NCBI GenBank assembly: GCA_965235115.1 | Contig: OZ249436.1 | Coordinates: 25,050,001 to 25,114,000, forward strand | Direction: 5' to 3' | Source of the DNA: Laetmonice hystrix | Lineage: Eukaryota | Length of the DNA: 64,000 bases | Shown here: positions 1 to 13,700 of the stretch, in pieces | Layout of the letters: the number at the start of each line of letters is the position of its first letter | Position numbering within the stretch: position 1 is the stretch's first letter | Position numbers and translations under genes: made by a program | The notes under the pieces: model-generated | What the model saw: the letters and a program-made list of their open reading frames with translations, nothing else | What the model was told of the DNA's origin: nothing | Database searches by the model: none

Positions 1-1756
1 TGTGTCCACCCCGACACGCTTTCCAAACCACTATACCCACCGAGCGACATCCACTCAAATACAGGCTTCGACCGATCCTCACTGTGCCAATAATCCGCCA
101 CAAGGCAAATTCAGTCAATGCAAGCTGGAAAATCGAATGTCAAACCTAATGCTCCCCCCCCCCCCAGCACGTTAACTGAAAATAATCAACTAGCTTGAAA
201 ACTAGAATATAGCTTTGTTAAGCTAACAATCTACTCTCCCAGCGCCATCAACTCGCATACAGGCGTAAAAGCAAACGCACTGCCCCATATAATGCTTCCA
301 GCCTAAAACGATGTTGCAATTAATTTAAAATTAACAAGATGCACTAGTAATCCGATCCAAGCCTAATTACGTCATTGCTAGTTTCATAACCAAATCTCAC
401 AGAAAATACCCCACCCGCGCACATAACCTGAAAATATTCAACTTTTATCTCCAATGTATCCCTGTGCACCTAGTAGCACCCAAGCGGGCCCAATTTTGAC
501 ATTCCAACACAAATACCGCAAATACCCGCCTAATGGCACAAAAAACTTTCTACCCCGTTGCAAGTCACATTAGCTTGCTGCTTGTCGTAAAAAATGGTGC
601 AGACCATTTCTAAAGTCACAGTACCCCACTCCCGGCCTAATATTACGTTTCAGTATCCATATACGCTGCAAGCGGCAGGAACTCGAATACAGGCCTAAAA
701 GTAACCCCAGTCTAGCAATATCATACTCTCATGCCATATACGAGCTTGTAATTATCTTTAATTAATGGGCTCCGCAGCACCAACCCACTGCATTAACATT
801 TGTTTAACAGCTTAACGCACCTTGTAAAAAATTTTCAAGTGCGTAAAAATGCGTGTCCACCTCCACATACTTTAAAAATCACTATACCCACCCAGCGACA
901 TTCACTCTAATACACGCCTAAGAGGAACTTCACTGTCCCATTTGATTCTCCAGCACGTATAGGATGTTTCAAGTAACATTTATCCACGGTCTGGCCCAAT
1001 AACGTGCAACAAGGCATAGTAAGTCAATGCGACCTCGCATGTCAAACCTAACCCGCCCCCCAGCACATGAGCTGGAGATATTCAAATAGCTTGAAAACTA
1101 GAATATAGCTTTGCTTAATACCATTATACCATCAACTCGCATTACAGGCCTAATGCGAAGCTCCCAGCCTAAAACGAGTTTCCAATTAATTTAAAGTTAA
1201 CAAGATGCACTAATAATCGATTCCAAGCCTAATTAGGCCATTGCTAGTTGGATAACCAAATCTCATACAAAATACACCCTCCCGGCAGATGACCTGAGAA
1301 TATTCAACTCTTATGTCCGATATATCCCTGTCCGCTTAGTAGCACCCAGCCGGGCCCCCATTTTGACATTGCAACACCAATACAGCAAGTGCCCAGCTAA
1401 CAGCACAAATAACAGGATTCAGGGCTTCCTACCACGTTACAAGTCACAATAGATTGCTGCCTGTCGTAAAAATATACCAGACCATTTTAAAAAGTCACAG
1501 AACCCCAATCCGGCCCTAATATGTCACTCCCAGTACCAATACACGCTGGAAGCACCATCAACTGAAATTCAGGCCTAGAACCCACCTCTCTCTACCAATA
1601 TCATGCACCTAGTCCGTATACGAGGTTGTAATTTACTTTAATCAACGGGCTGCGCCGCAGCAACCCACTCTGGTCTTTGCAATCTTTTTCAATATGCGTT
1701 AACATTTGTGACCAGCTCAACGCGCCTTGTAAAATTTTTCAAAGTGCGTAAAAGTG
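1..1756. repeat. Representative satellite unit = diverged dimer of subunit A (1-~851) and subunit B (~852-1756)
   Basis: TGTGTCCACCCCGACACGCTTTCCAAACCACTATACCCACCGAGCGACATCCACTC (1) aligns with CGTGTCCACCTCCACATACTTTAAAAATCACTATACCCACCCAGCGACATTCACTC (852). TAGCTTGAAAACTAGAATATAGCTTTG occurs at ~191 and ~1087, and TTAACAAGATGCACTA at ~331 and ~1197. Confidence 0.95.
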
Positions 1757-4700
1757 TGTGTCCACCCCGACACGCTTTCCAAACCACTATACCCACCGAG
1801 CGACATCCACTCAAATACAGGCTTCGACCGATCCTCACTGTGCCAATAATCCGCCACAAGGCAAATTCAGTCAATGCAAGCTGGAAAATCGAATGTCAAA
1901 CCTAATGCTCCCCCCCCCAGCACGTTAACTGAAAATAATCAACTAGCTTGAAAACTAGAATATAGCTTTGTTAAGCTAACAATCTACTCTCCCAGCGCCA
2001 TCAACTCGCATACAGGCGTAAAAGCAAACGCACTGCCCCATATAATGCTCCCAGCCTAAAACGATGTTGCAATTAATTTAAAATTAACAAGATGCACTAG
2101 TAATCCGATCCAAGCCTAATTACGTCATTGCTAGTTTCATAACCAAATCTCACAGAAAATACCCCACCCGCGCACATAACCTGAAAATATTCAACTTTTA
2201 TCTCCAATGTATCCCTGTGCACCTAGTAGCACCCAAGCGGGCCCAATTTTGACATTCCAACACAAATACCGCAAATACCCGCCTAATGGCACAAAAAACT
2301 TTCTACCCCGTTGCAAGTCACATTAGCTTGCTGCTTGTCGTAAAAAATGGTGCAGACCATTTCTAAAGTCACAGTACCCCACTCCCGGCCTAATATTACG
2401 TTTCAGTATCCATATACGCTGCAAGCGGCAGGAACTCGAATACAGGCCTAAAAGTAACCCCAGTCTAGCAATATCATACTCTCATGCCATATACGAGCTT
2501 GTAATTATCTTTAATTAATGGGCTCCGCAGCACCAACCCACTGCATTAACATTTGTTTAACAGCTTAACGCACCTTGTAAAAAATTTTCAAGTGCGTAAA
2601 AATGCGTGTCCACCTCCACATACTTTAAAAATCACTATACCCACCCAGCGACATTCACTCTAATACACGCCTAAGAGGAACTTCACTGTCCCATTTGATT
2701 CTCCAGCACGTATAGGATGTTTCAAGTAACATTTATCCACGGTCTGGCCCAATAACGTGCAACAAGGCATAGTAAGTCAATGCGACCTCGCATGTCAAAC
2801 CTAACCCGCCCCCCAGCACATGAGCTGGAGATATTCAAATAGCTTGAAAACTAGAATATAGCTTTGCTTAATACCATTATACCATCAACTCGCATTACAG
2901 GCCTAATGCGAAGCTCCCAGCCTAAAACGAGTTTCCAATTAATTTAAAGTTAACAAGATGCACTAATAATCGATTCCAAGCCTAATTAGGCCATTGCTAG
3001 TTGGATAACCAAATCTCATACAAAATACACCCTCCCGGCAGATGACCTGAGAATATTCAACTCTTATGTCCGATATATCCCTGTCCGCTTAGTAGCACCC
3101 AGCCGGGCCCCCATTTTGACATTGCAACACCAATACAGCAAGTGCCCAGCTAACAGCACAAATAACAGGATTCAGGGCTTCCTACCACGTTACAAGTCAC
3201 AATAGATTGCTGCCTGTCGTAAAAATATACCAGACCATTTTAAAAAGTCACAGAACCCCAATCCGGCCCTAATATGTCACTCCCAGTACCAATAGACGCT
3301 GGAAGCACCATCAACTGAAATTCAGGCCTAGAACCCACCTCTCTCTACCAATATCATGCACCTAGTCCGTATACGAGGTTGTAATTTACTTTAATCAACG
3401 GGCTGCGCCGCAGCAACCCACTCTGGTCTTTGCAATCTTTTTCAATATGCGTTAACATTTGTGACCAGCTCAACGCGCCTTGTAAAATTTTTCAAAGTGC
3501 GTAAAAGTGTGTGTCCACCCCGACACGCTTTCCAAACCACTATACCCACCGAGCGACATCCACTCAAATACAGGCTTCGACCGATCCTCACTGTGCCAAT
3601 AATCCGCCACAAGGCAAATTCAGTCAATGCAAGCTGGAAAATCGAATGTCAAACCTAATGCTCCCCCCCCCCAGCACGTTAACTGAAAATAATCAACTAG
3701 CTTGAAAACTAGAATATAGCTTTGTTAAGCTAACAATCTACTCTCCCAGCGCCATCAACTCGCATACAGGCGTAAAAGCAAACGCACTGCCCCATATAAT
3801 GCTCCCAGCCTAAGACGATGTTGCAATTAATTTAAAATTAACAAGATGCACTAGTAATCCGATCCAAGCCTAATTACGTCATTGCTAGTTTCATAACCAA
3901 ATCTCACAGAAAATACCCCACCCGCGCACATAACCTGAAAATATTCAACTTTTATCTCCAATGTATCCCTGTGCACCTAGTAGCACCCAAGCGGGCCCAA
4001 TTTTGACATTCCAACACAAATACCGCAAATACCCGCCTAATGGCACAAAAAACTTTCTACCCCGTTGCAAGTCACATTAGCTTGCTGCTTGTCGTAAAAA
4101 ATGGTGCAGACCATTTCTAAAGTCACAGTACCCCACTCCCGGCCTAATATTACGTTTCAGTATCCATATACGCTGCAAGCGGCAGGAACTCGAATACAGG
4201 CCTAAAAGTAACCCCAGTCTAGCAATATCATACTCTCATGCCATATACGAGCTTGTAATTATCTTTAATTAATGGGCTCCGCAGCACCAACCCACTGCAT
4301 TAACATTTGTTTAACAGCTTAACGCACCTTGTAAAATTTTTTCAAGTGCGTAAAAATGCGTGTCCACCTCCACATACTTTAAAAATCACTATACCCACCC
4401 AGCGACATCCACTCTAATACACGCCTAAAAGGAACTTCACTGTCCCATTTGATTCTCCAGCACGTATAGGATGTTTCAAGTAACATTTATCCACGGTCTG
4501 GCCCAATAACGTGCAACAAGGCATAGTAAGTCAATGCGACCTCGCATGTCAAACCTAACCCGCCCCCCAGCACATGAGCTGGAGATATTCAAATAGCTTG
4601 AAAACTAGAATATAGCTTTGCTTAATACCATTATACCATCAACTCGCATTACAGGCCTAATGCGAAGCTCCCAGCCTAAAACGAGTTTCCAATTAATTTA

Positions 4701-7700
4701 AAGTTAACAAGATGCACTAATAATCGATTCCAAGCCTAATTAGGCCATTGCTAGTTGGATAACCAAATCTCATACAAAATACACCCTCCCGGCAGATGAC
4801 CTGAGAATATTCAACTCTTATGTCCGATATATCCCTGTCCGCTTAGTAGCACCCAGCCGGGCCCCCATTTTGACATTGCAACACCAATACAGCAAGTGCC
4901 CAGCTAACAGCACAAATAACAGGATTCAGGGCTTCCTACCACGTTACAAGTCACAATAGATTGCTGCCTGTCGTAAAAATATACCAGACCATTTTAAAAA
5001 GTCACAGAACCCCAATCCGGCCCTAATATGTCACTCCCAGTACCAATACACGCTGGAAGCACCATCAACTGAAATTCAGGCCTAGAACCCACCTCTCTCT
5101 ACCAATATCATGCACCTAGTCCGTATACGAGGTTGTAATTTACTTTAATCAACGGGCTGCGCCGCAGCAACCCACTCTGGTCTTTGCAATCTTTTTCAAT
5201 ATGCGTTAACATTTGTGACCAGCTCAACGCGCCTTGTAAAATTTTTCAAAGTGCGTAAAAGTGTGTGTCCACCCCGACACGCTTTCCAAACCACTATACC
5301 CACCGAGCGACATCCACTCAAATACAGGCTTCGACCGATCCTCACTGTGCCAATAATCCGCCACAAGGCAAATTCAGTCAATGCAAGCTGGAAAATCGAA
5401 TGTCAAACCTAATGCTCCCCCCCCCAGCACGTTAACTGAAAATAATCAACTAGCTTGAAAACTAGAATATAGCTTTGTTAAGCTAACAATCTACTCTCCC
5501 AGCGCCATCAACTCGCATACAGGCGTAAAAGCAAACGCACTGCCCCATATAATGCTCCCAGCCTAAAACGATGTTGCAATTAATTTAAAATTAACAAGAT
5601 GCACTAGTAATCCGATCCAAGCCTAATTACGTCATTGCTAGTTTCATAACCAAATCTCACAGAAAATACCCCACCCGCGCACATAACCTGAAAATATTCA
5701 ACTTTTATCTCCAATGTATCCCTGTGCACCTAGTAGCACCCAAGCGGGCCCAATTTTGACATTCCAACACAAATACCGCAAATACCCGCCTAATGGCACA
5801 AAAAACTTTCTACCCCGTTGCAAGTCACATTAGCTTGCTGCTTGTCGTAAAAAATGGTGCAGACCATTTCTAAAGTCACAGTACCCCACTCCCGGCCTAA
5901 TATTACGTTTCAGTATCCATATACGCTGCAAGCGGCAGGAACTCGAATACAGGCCTAAAAGTAACCCCAGTCTAGCAATATCATACTCTCATGCCATATA
6001 CGAGCTTGTAATTATCTTTAATTAATGGGCTCCGCAGCACCAACCCACTGCATTAACATTTGTTTAACAGCTTAACGCACCTTGTAAAAAATTTTCAAGT
6101 GCGTAAAAATGCGTGTCCACCTCCACATACTTTAAAAATCACTATACCCACCCAGCGACATTCACTCTAATACACGCCTAAGAGGAACTTCACTGTCCCA
6201 TTTGATTCTCCAGCACGTATAGGATGTTTCAAGTAACATTTATCCACGGTCTGGCCCAATAACGTGCAACAAGGCATAGTAAGTCAATGCGACCTCGCAT
6301 GTCAAACCTAACCCGCCCCCCAGCACATGAGCTGGAGATATTCAAATAGCTTGAAAACTAGAATATAGCTTTGCTTAATACCATTATACCATCAACTCGC
6401 ATTACAGGCCTAATGCGAAGCTCCCAGCCTAAAACGAGTTTCCAATTAATTTAAAGTTAACAAGATGCACTAATAATCGATTCCAAGCCTAATTAGGCCA
6501 TTGCTAGTTGGATAACCAAATCTCATACAAAATACACCCTCCCGGCAGATGACCTGAGAATATTCAACTCTTATGTCCGATATATCCCTGTCCGCTTAGT
6601 AGCACCCAGCCGGGCCCCCATTTTGACATTGCAACACCAATACAGCAAGTGCCCAGCTAACAGCACAAATAACAGGATTCAGGGCTTCCTACCACGTTAC
6701 AAGTCACAATAGATTGCTGCCTGTCGTAAAAATATACCAGACCATTTTAAAAAGTCACAGAACCCCAATCCGGCCCTAATATGTCACTCCCAGTACCAAT
6801 AGACGCTGGAAGCACCATCAACTGAAATTCAGGCCTAGAACCCACCTCTCTCTACCAATATCATGCACCTAGTCCGTATACGAGGTTGTAATTTACTTTA
6901 ATCAACGGGCTGCGCCGCAGCAACCCACTCTGGTCTTTGCAATCTTTTTCAATATGCGTTAACATTTGTGACCAGCTCAACGCGCCTTGTAAAATTTTTC
7001 AAAGTGCGTAAAAGTGTGTGTCCACCCCGACACGCTTTCCAAACCACTATACCCACCGAGCGACATCCACTCAAATACAGGCTTCGACCGATCCTCACTG
7101 TGCCAATAATCCGCCACAAGGCAAATTCAGTCAATGCAAGCTGGAAAATCGAATGTCAAACCTAATGCTCCCCCCCCCAGCACGTTAACTGAAAATAATC
7201 AACTAGCTTGAAAACTAGAATATAGCTTTGTTAAGCTAACAATCTACTCTCCCAGCGCCATCAACTCGCATACAGGCGTAAAAGCAAACGCACTGCCCCA
7301 TATAATGCTCCCAGCCTAAGACGATGTTGCAATTAATTTAAAATTAACAAGATGCACTAGTAATCCGATCCAAGCCTAATTACGTCATTGCTAGTTTCAT
7401 AACCAAATCTCACAGAAAATACCCCACCCGCGCACATAACCTGAAAATATTCAACTTTTATCTCCAATGTATCCCTGTGCACCTAGTAGCACCCAAGCGG
7501 GCCCAATTTTGACATTCCAACACAAATACCGCAAATACCCGCCTAATGGCACAAAAAACTTTCTACCCCGTTGCAAGTCACATTAGCTTGCTGCTTGTCG
7601 TAAAAAATGGTGCAGACCATTTCTAAAGTCACAGTACCCCACTCCCGGCCTAATATTACGTTTCAGTATCCATATACGCTGCAAGCGGCAGGAACTCGAA

Positions 7701-10700
7701 TACAGGCCTAAAAGTAACCCCAGTCTAGCAATATCATACTCTCATGCCATATACGAGCTTGTAATTATCTTTAATTAATGGGCTCCGCAGCACCAACCCA
7801 CTGCATTAACATTTGTTTAACAGCTTAACGCACCTTGTAAAAAATTTTCAAGTGCGTAAAAATGCGTGTCCACCTCCACATACTTTAAAAATCACTATAC
7901 CCACCCAGCGACATTCACTCTAATACACGCCTAAGAGGAACTTCACTGTCCCATTTGATTCTCCAGCACGTATAGGATGTTTCAAGTAACATTTATCCAC
8001 GGTCTGGCCCAATAACGTGCAACAAGGCATAGTAAGTCAATGCGACCTCGCATGTCAAACCTAACCCGCCCCCCAGCACATGAGCTGGAGATATTCAAAT
8101 AGCTTGAAAACTAGAATATAGCTTTGCTTAATACCATTATACCATCAACTCGCATTACAGGCCTAATGCGAAGCTCCCAGCCTAAAACGAGTTTCCAATT
8201 AATTTAAAGTTAACAAGATGCACTAATAATCGATTCCAAGCCTAATTAGGCCATTGCTAGTTGGATAACCAAATCTCATACAAAATACACCCTCCCGGCA
8301 GATGACCTGAGAATATTCAACTCTTATGTCCGATATATCCCTGTCCGCTTAGTAGCACCCAGCCGGGCCCCCATTTTGACATTGCAACACCAATACAGCA
8401 AGTGCCCAGCTAACAGCACAAATAACAGGATTCAGGGCTTCCTACCACGTTACAAGTCACAATAGATTGCTGCCTGTCGTAAAAATATACCAGACCATTT
8501 TAAAAAGTCACAGAACCCCAATCCGGCCCTAATATGTCACTCCCAGTACCAATAGACGCTGGAAGCACCATCAACTGAAATTCAGGCCTAGAACCCACCT
8601 CTCTCTACCAATATCATGCACCTAGTCCGTATACGAGGTTGTAATTTACTTTAATCAACGGGCTGCGCCGCAGCAACCCACTCTGGTCTTTGCAATCTTT
8701 TTCAATATGCGTTAACATTTGTGACCAGCTCAACGCGCCTTGTAAAATTTTTCAAAGTGCGTAAAAGTGTGTGTCCACCCCGACACGCTTTCCAAACCAC
8801 TATACCCACCGAGCGACATCCACTCAAATACAGGCTTCGACCGATCCTCACTGTGCCAATAATCCGCCACAAGGCAAATTCAGTCAATGCAAGCTGGAAA
8901 ATCGAATGTCAAACCTAATGCTCCCCCCCCCAGCACGTTAACTGAAAATAATCAACTAGCTTGAAAACTAGAATATAGCTTTGTTAAGCTAACAATCTAC
9001 TCTCCCAGCGCCATCAACTCGCATACAGGCGTAAAAGCAAACGCACTGCCCCATATAATGCTCCCAGCCTAAGACGATGTTGCAATTAATTTAAAATTAA
9101 CAAGATGCACTAGTAATCCGATCCAAGCCTAATTACGTCATTGCTAGTTTCATAACCAAATCTCACAGAAAATACCCCACCCGCGCACATAACCTGAAAA
9201 TATTCAACTTTTATCTCCAATGTATCCCTGTGCACCTAGTAGCACCCAAGCGGCCCAATTTTGACATTCCAACACAAATACCGCAAATACCCGCCTAATG
9301 GCACAAAAAACTTTCTACCCCGTTGCAAGTCACATTAGCTTGCTGCTTGTCGTAAAAAATGGTGCAGACCATTTCTAAAGTCACAGTACCCCACTCCCGG
9401 CCTAATATTACGTTTCAGTATCCATATACGCTGCAAGCGGCAGGAACTCGAATACAGGCCTAAAAGTAACCCCAGTCTAGCAATATCATACTCTCATGCC
9501 ATATACGAGCTTGTAATTATCTTTAATTAATGGGCTCCGCAGCACCAACCCACTGCATTAACATTTGTTTAACAGCTTAACGCACCTTGTAAAATTTTTT
9601 CAAGTGCGTAAAAATGCGTGTCCACCTCCACATACTTTAAAAATCACTATACCCACCCAGCGACATCCACTCTAATACACGCCTAAAAGGAACTTCACTG
9701 TCCCATTTGATTCTCCAGCACGTATAGGATGTTTCAAGTAACATTTATCCACGGTCTGGCCCAATAACGTGCAACAAGGCATAGTAAGTCAATGCGACCT
9801 CGCATGTCAAACCTAACCCGCCCCCCAGCACATGAGCTGGAGATATTCAAATAGCTTGAAAACTAGAATATAGCTTTGCTTAATACCATTATACCATCAA
9901 CTCGCATTACAGGCCTAATGCGAAGCTCCCAGCCTAAAACGAGTTTCCAATTAATTTAAAGTTAACAAGATGCACTAATAATCGATTCCAAGCCTAATTA
10001 GGCCATTGCTAGTTGGATAACCAAATCTCATACAAAATACACCCTCCCGGCAGATGACCTGAGAATATTCAACTCTTATGTCCGATATATCCCTGTCCGC
10101 TTAGTAGCACCCAGCCGGGCCCCCATTTTGACATTGCAACACCAATACAGCAAGTGCCCAGCTAACAGCACAAATAACAGGATTCAGGGCTTCCTACCAC
10201 GTTACAAGTCACAATAGATTGCTGCCTGTCGGAAAAATATACCAGACCATTTTAAAAAGTCACAGAACCCCAATCCGGCCCTAATATGTCACTCCCAGTA
10301 CCAATACACGCTGGAAGCACCATCAACTGAAATTCAGGCCTAGAACCCACCTCTCTCTACCAATATCATGCACCTAGTCCGTATACGAGGTTGTAATTTA
10401 CTTTAATCAACGGGCTGCGCCGCAGCAACCCACTCTGGTCTTTGCAATCTTTTTCAATATGCGTTAACATTTGTGACCAGCTCAACGCGCCTTGTAAAAT
10501 TTTTCAAAGTGCGTAAAAGTGTGTGTCCACCCCGACACGCTTTCCAAACCACTATACCCACCGAGCGACATCCACTCAAATACAGGCTTCGACCGATCCT
10601 CACTGTGCCAATAATCCGCCACAAGGCAAATTCAGTCAATGCAAGCTGGAAAATCGAATGTCAAACCTAATGCTCCCCCCCCCAGCACGTTAACTGAAAA

Positions 10701-13700
10701 TAATCAACTAGCTTGAAAACTAGAATATAGCTTTGTTAAGCTAACAATCTACTCTCCCAGCGCCATCAACTCGCATACAGGCGTAAAAGCAAACGCACTG
10801 CCCCATATAATGCTCCCAGCCTAAAACGATGTTGCAATTAATTTAAAATTAACAAGATGCACTAGTAATCCGATCCAAGCCTAATTACGTCATTGCTAGT
10901 TTCATAACCAAATCTCACAGAAAATACCCCACCCGCGCACATAACCTGAAAATATTCAACTTTTATCTCCAATGTATCCCTGTGCACCTAGTAGCACCCA
11001 AGCGGGCCCAATTTTGACATTCCAACACAAATACCGCAAATACCCGCCTAATGGCACAAAAAACTTTCTACCCCGTTGCAAGTCACATTAGCTTGCTGCT
11101 TGTCGTAAAAAATGGTGCAGACCATTTCTAAAGTCACAGTACCCCACTCCCGGCCTAATATTACGTTTCAGTATCCATATACGCTGCAAGCGGCAGGAAC
11201 TCGAATACAGGCCTAAAAGTAACCCCAGTCTAGCAATATCATACTCTCATGCCATATACGAGCTTGTAATTATCTTTAATTAATGGGCTCCGCAGCACCA
11301 ACCCACTGCATTAACATTTGTTTAACAGCTTAACGCACCTTGTAAAAAATTTTCAAGTGCGTAAAAATGCGTGTCCACCTCCACATACTTTAAAAATCAC
11401 TATACCCACCCAGCGACATTCACTCTAATACACGCCTAAGAGGAACTTCACTGTCCCATTTGATTCTCCAGCACGTATAGGATGTTTCAAGTAACATTTA
11501 TCCACGGTCTGGCCCAATAACGTGCAACAAGGCATAGTAAGTCAATGCGACCTCGCATGTCAAACCTAACCCGCCCCCCAGCACATGAGCTGGAGATATT
11601 CAAATAGCTTGAAAACTAGAATATAGCTTTGCTTAATACCATTATACCATCAACTCGCATTACAGGCCTAATGCGAAGCTCCCAGCCTAAAACGAGTTTC
11701 CAATTAATTTAAAGTTAACAAGATGCACTAATAATCGATTCCAAGCCTAATTAGGCCATTGCTAGTTGGATAACCAAATCTCATACAAAATACACCCTCC
11801 CGGCAGATGACCTGAGAATATTCAACTCTTATGTCCGATATATCCCTGTCCGCTTAGTAGCACCCAGCCGGGCCCCCATTTTGACATTGCAACACCAATA
11901 CAGCAAGTGCCCAGCTAACAGCACAAATAACAGGATTCAGGGCTTCCTACCACGTTACAAGTCACAATAGATTGCTGCCTGTCGTAAAAATATACCAGAC
12001 CATTTTAAAAAGTCACAGAACCCCAATCCGGCCCTAATATGTCACTCCCAGTACCAATACACGCTGGAAGCACCATCAACTGAAATTCAGGCCTAGAACC
12101 CACCTCTCTCTACCAATATCATGCACCTAGTCCGTATACGAGGTTGTAATTTACTTTAATCAACGGGCTGCGCCGCAGCAACCCACTCTGGTCTTTGCAA
12201 TCTTTTTCAATATGCGTTAACATTTGTGACCAGCTCAACGCGCCTTGTAAAATTTTTCAAAGTGCGTAAAAGTGTGTGTCCACCCCGACACGCTTTCCAA
12301 ACCACTATACCCACCGAGCGACATCCACTCAAATACAGGCTTCGACCGATCCTCACTGTGCCAATAATCCGCCACAAGGCAAATTCAGTCAATGCAAGCT
12401 GGAAAATCGAATGTCAAACCTAATGCTCCCCCCCCCAGCACGTTAACTGAAAATAATCAACTAGCTTGAAAACTAGAATATAGCTTTGTTAAGCTAACAA
12501 TCTACTCTCCCAGCGCCATCAACTCGCATACAGGCGTAAAAGCAAACGCACTGCCCCATATAATGCTCCCAGCCTAAAACGATGTTGCAATTAATTTAAA
12601 ATTAACAAGATGCACTAGTAATCCGATCCAAGCCTAATTACGTCATTGCTAGTTTCATAACCAAATCTCACAGAAAATACCCCACCCGCGCACATAACCT
12701 GAAAATATTCAACTTTTATCTCCAATGTATCCCTGTGCACCTAGTAGCACCCAAGCGGGCCCAATTTTGACATTCCAACACAAATACCGCAAATACCCGC
12801 CTAATGGCACAAAAAACTTTCTACCCCGTTGCAAGTCACATTAGCTTGCTGCTTGTCGTAAAAAATGGTGCAGACCATTTCTAAAGTCACAGTACCCCAC
12901 TCCCGGCCTAATATTACGTTTCAGTATCCATATACGCTGCAAGCGGCAGGAACTCGAATACAGGCCTAAAAGTAACCCCAGTCTAGCAATATCATACTCT
13001 CATGCCATATACGAGCTTGTAATTATCTTTAATTAATGGGCTCCGCAGCACCAACCCACTGCATTAACATTTGTTTAACAGCTTAACGCACCTTGTAAAA
13101 AATTTTCAAGTGCGTAAAAATGCGTGTCCACCTCCACATACTTTAAAAATCACTATACCCACCCAGCGACATTCACTCTAATACACGCCTAAGAGGAACT
13201 TCACTGTCCCATTTGATTCTCCAGCACGTATAGGATGTTTCAAGTAACATTTATCCACGGTCTGGCCCAATAACGTGCAACAAGGCATAGTAAGTCAATG
13301 CGACCTCGCATGTCAAACCTAACCCGCCCCCCAGCACATGAGCTGGAGATATTCAAATAGCTTGAAAACTAGAATATAGCTTTGCTTAATACCATTATAC
13401 CATCAACTCGCATTACAGGCCTAATGCGAAGCTCCCAGCCTAAAACGAGTTTCCAATTAATTTAAAGTTAACAAGATGCACTAATAATCGATTCCAAGCC
13501 TAATTAGGCCATTGCTAGTTGGATAACCAAATCTCATACAAAATACACCCTCCCGGCAGATGACCTGAGAATATTCAACTCTTATGTCCGATATATCCCT
13601 GTCCGCTTAGTAGCACCCAGCCGGGCCCCCATTTTGACATTGCAACACCAATACAGCAAGTGCCCAGCTAACAGCACAAATAACAGGATTCAGGGCTTCC

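Noticed and set aside
26..48. Satellite shares AACCACTATAC with the tRNA-Asp genes (A-box-like on the minus strand), suggesting a tRNA/SINE origin
   Set aside because: Only ~11 bp match, with no B box or cloverleaf downstream on that strand. Compatible with chance.
154..165. Variable poly-C tract (7-12 C) in each unit as a functional switch
   Set aside because: Explained by homopolymer slippage or long-read error, and there is no coding context.
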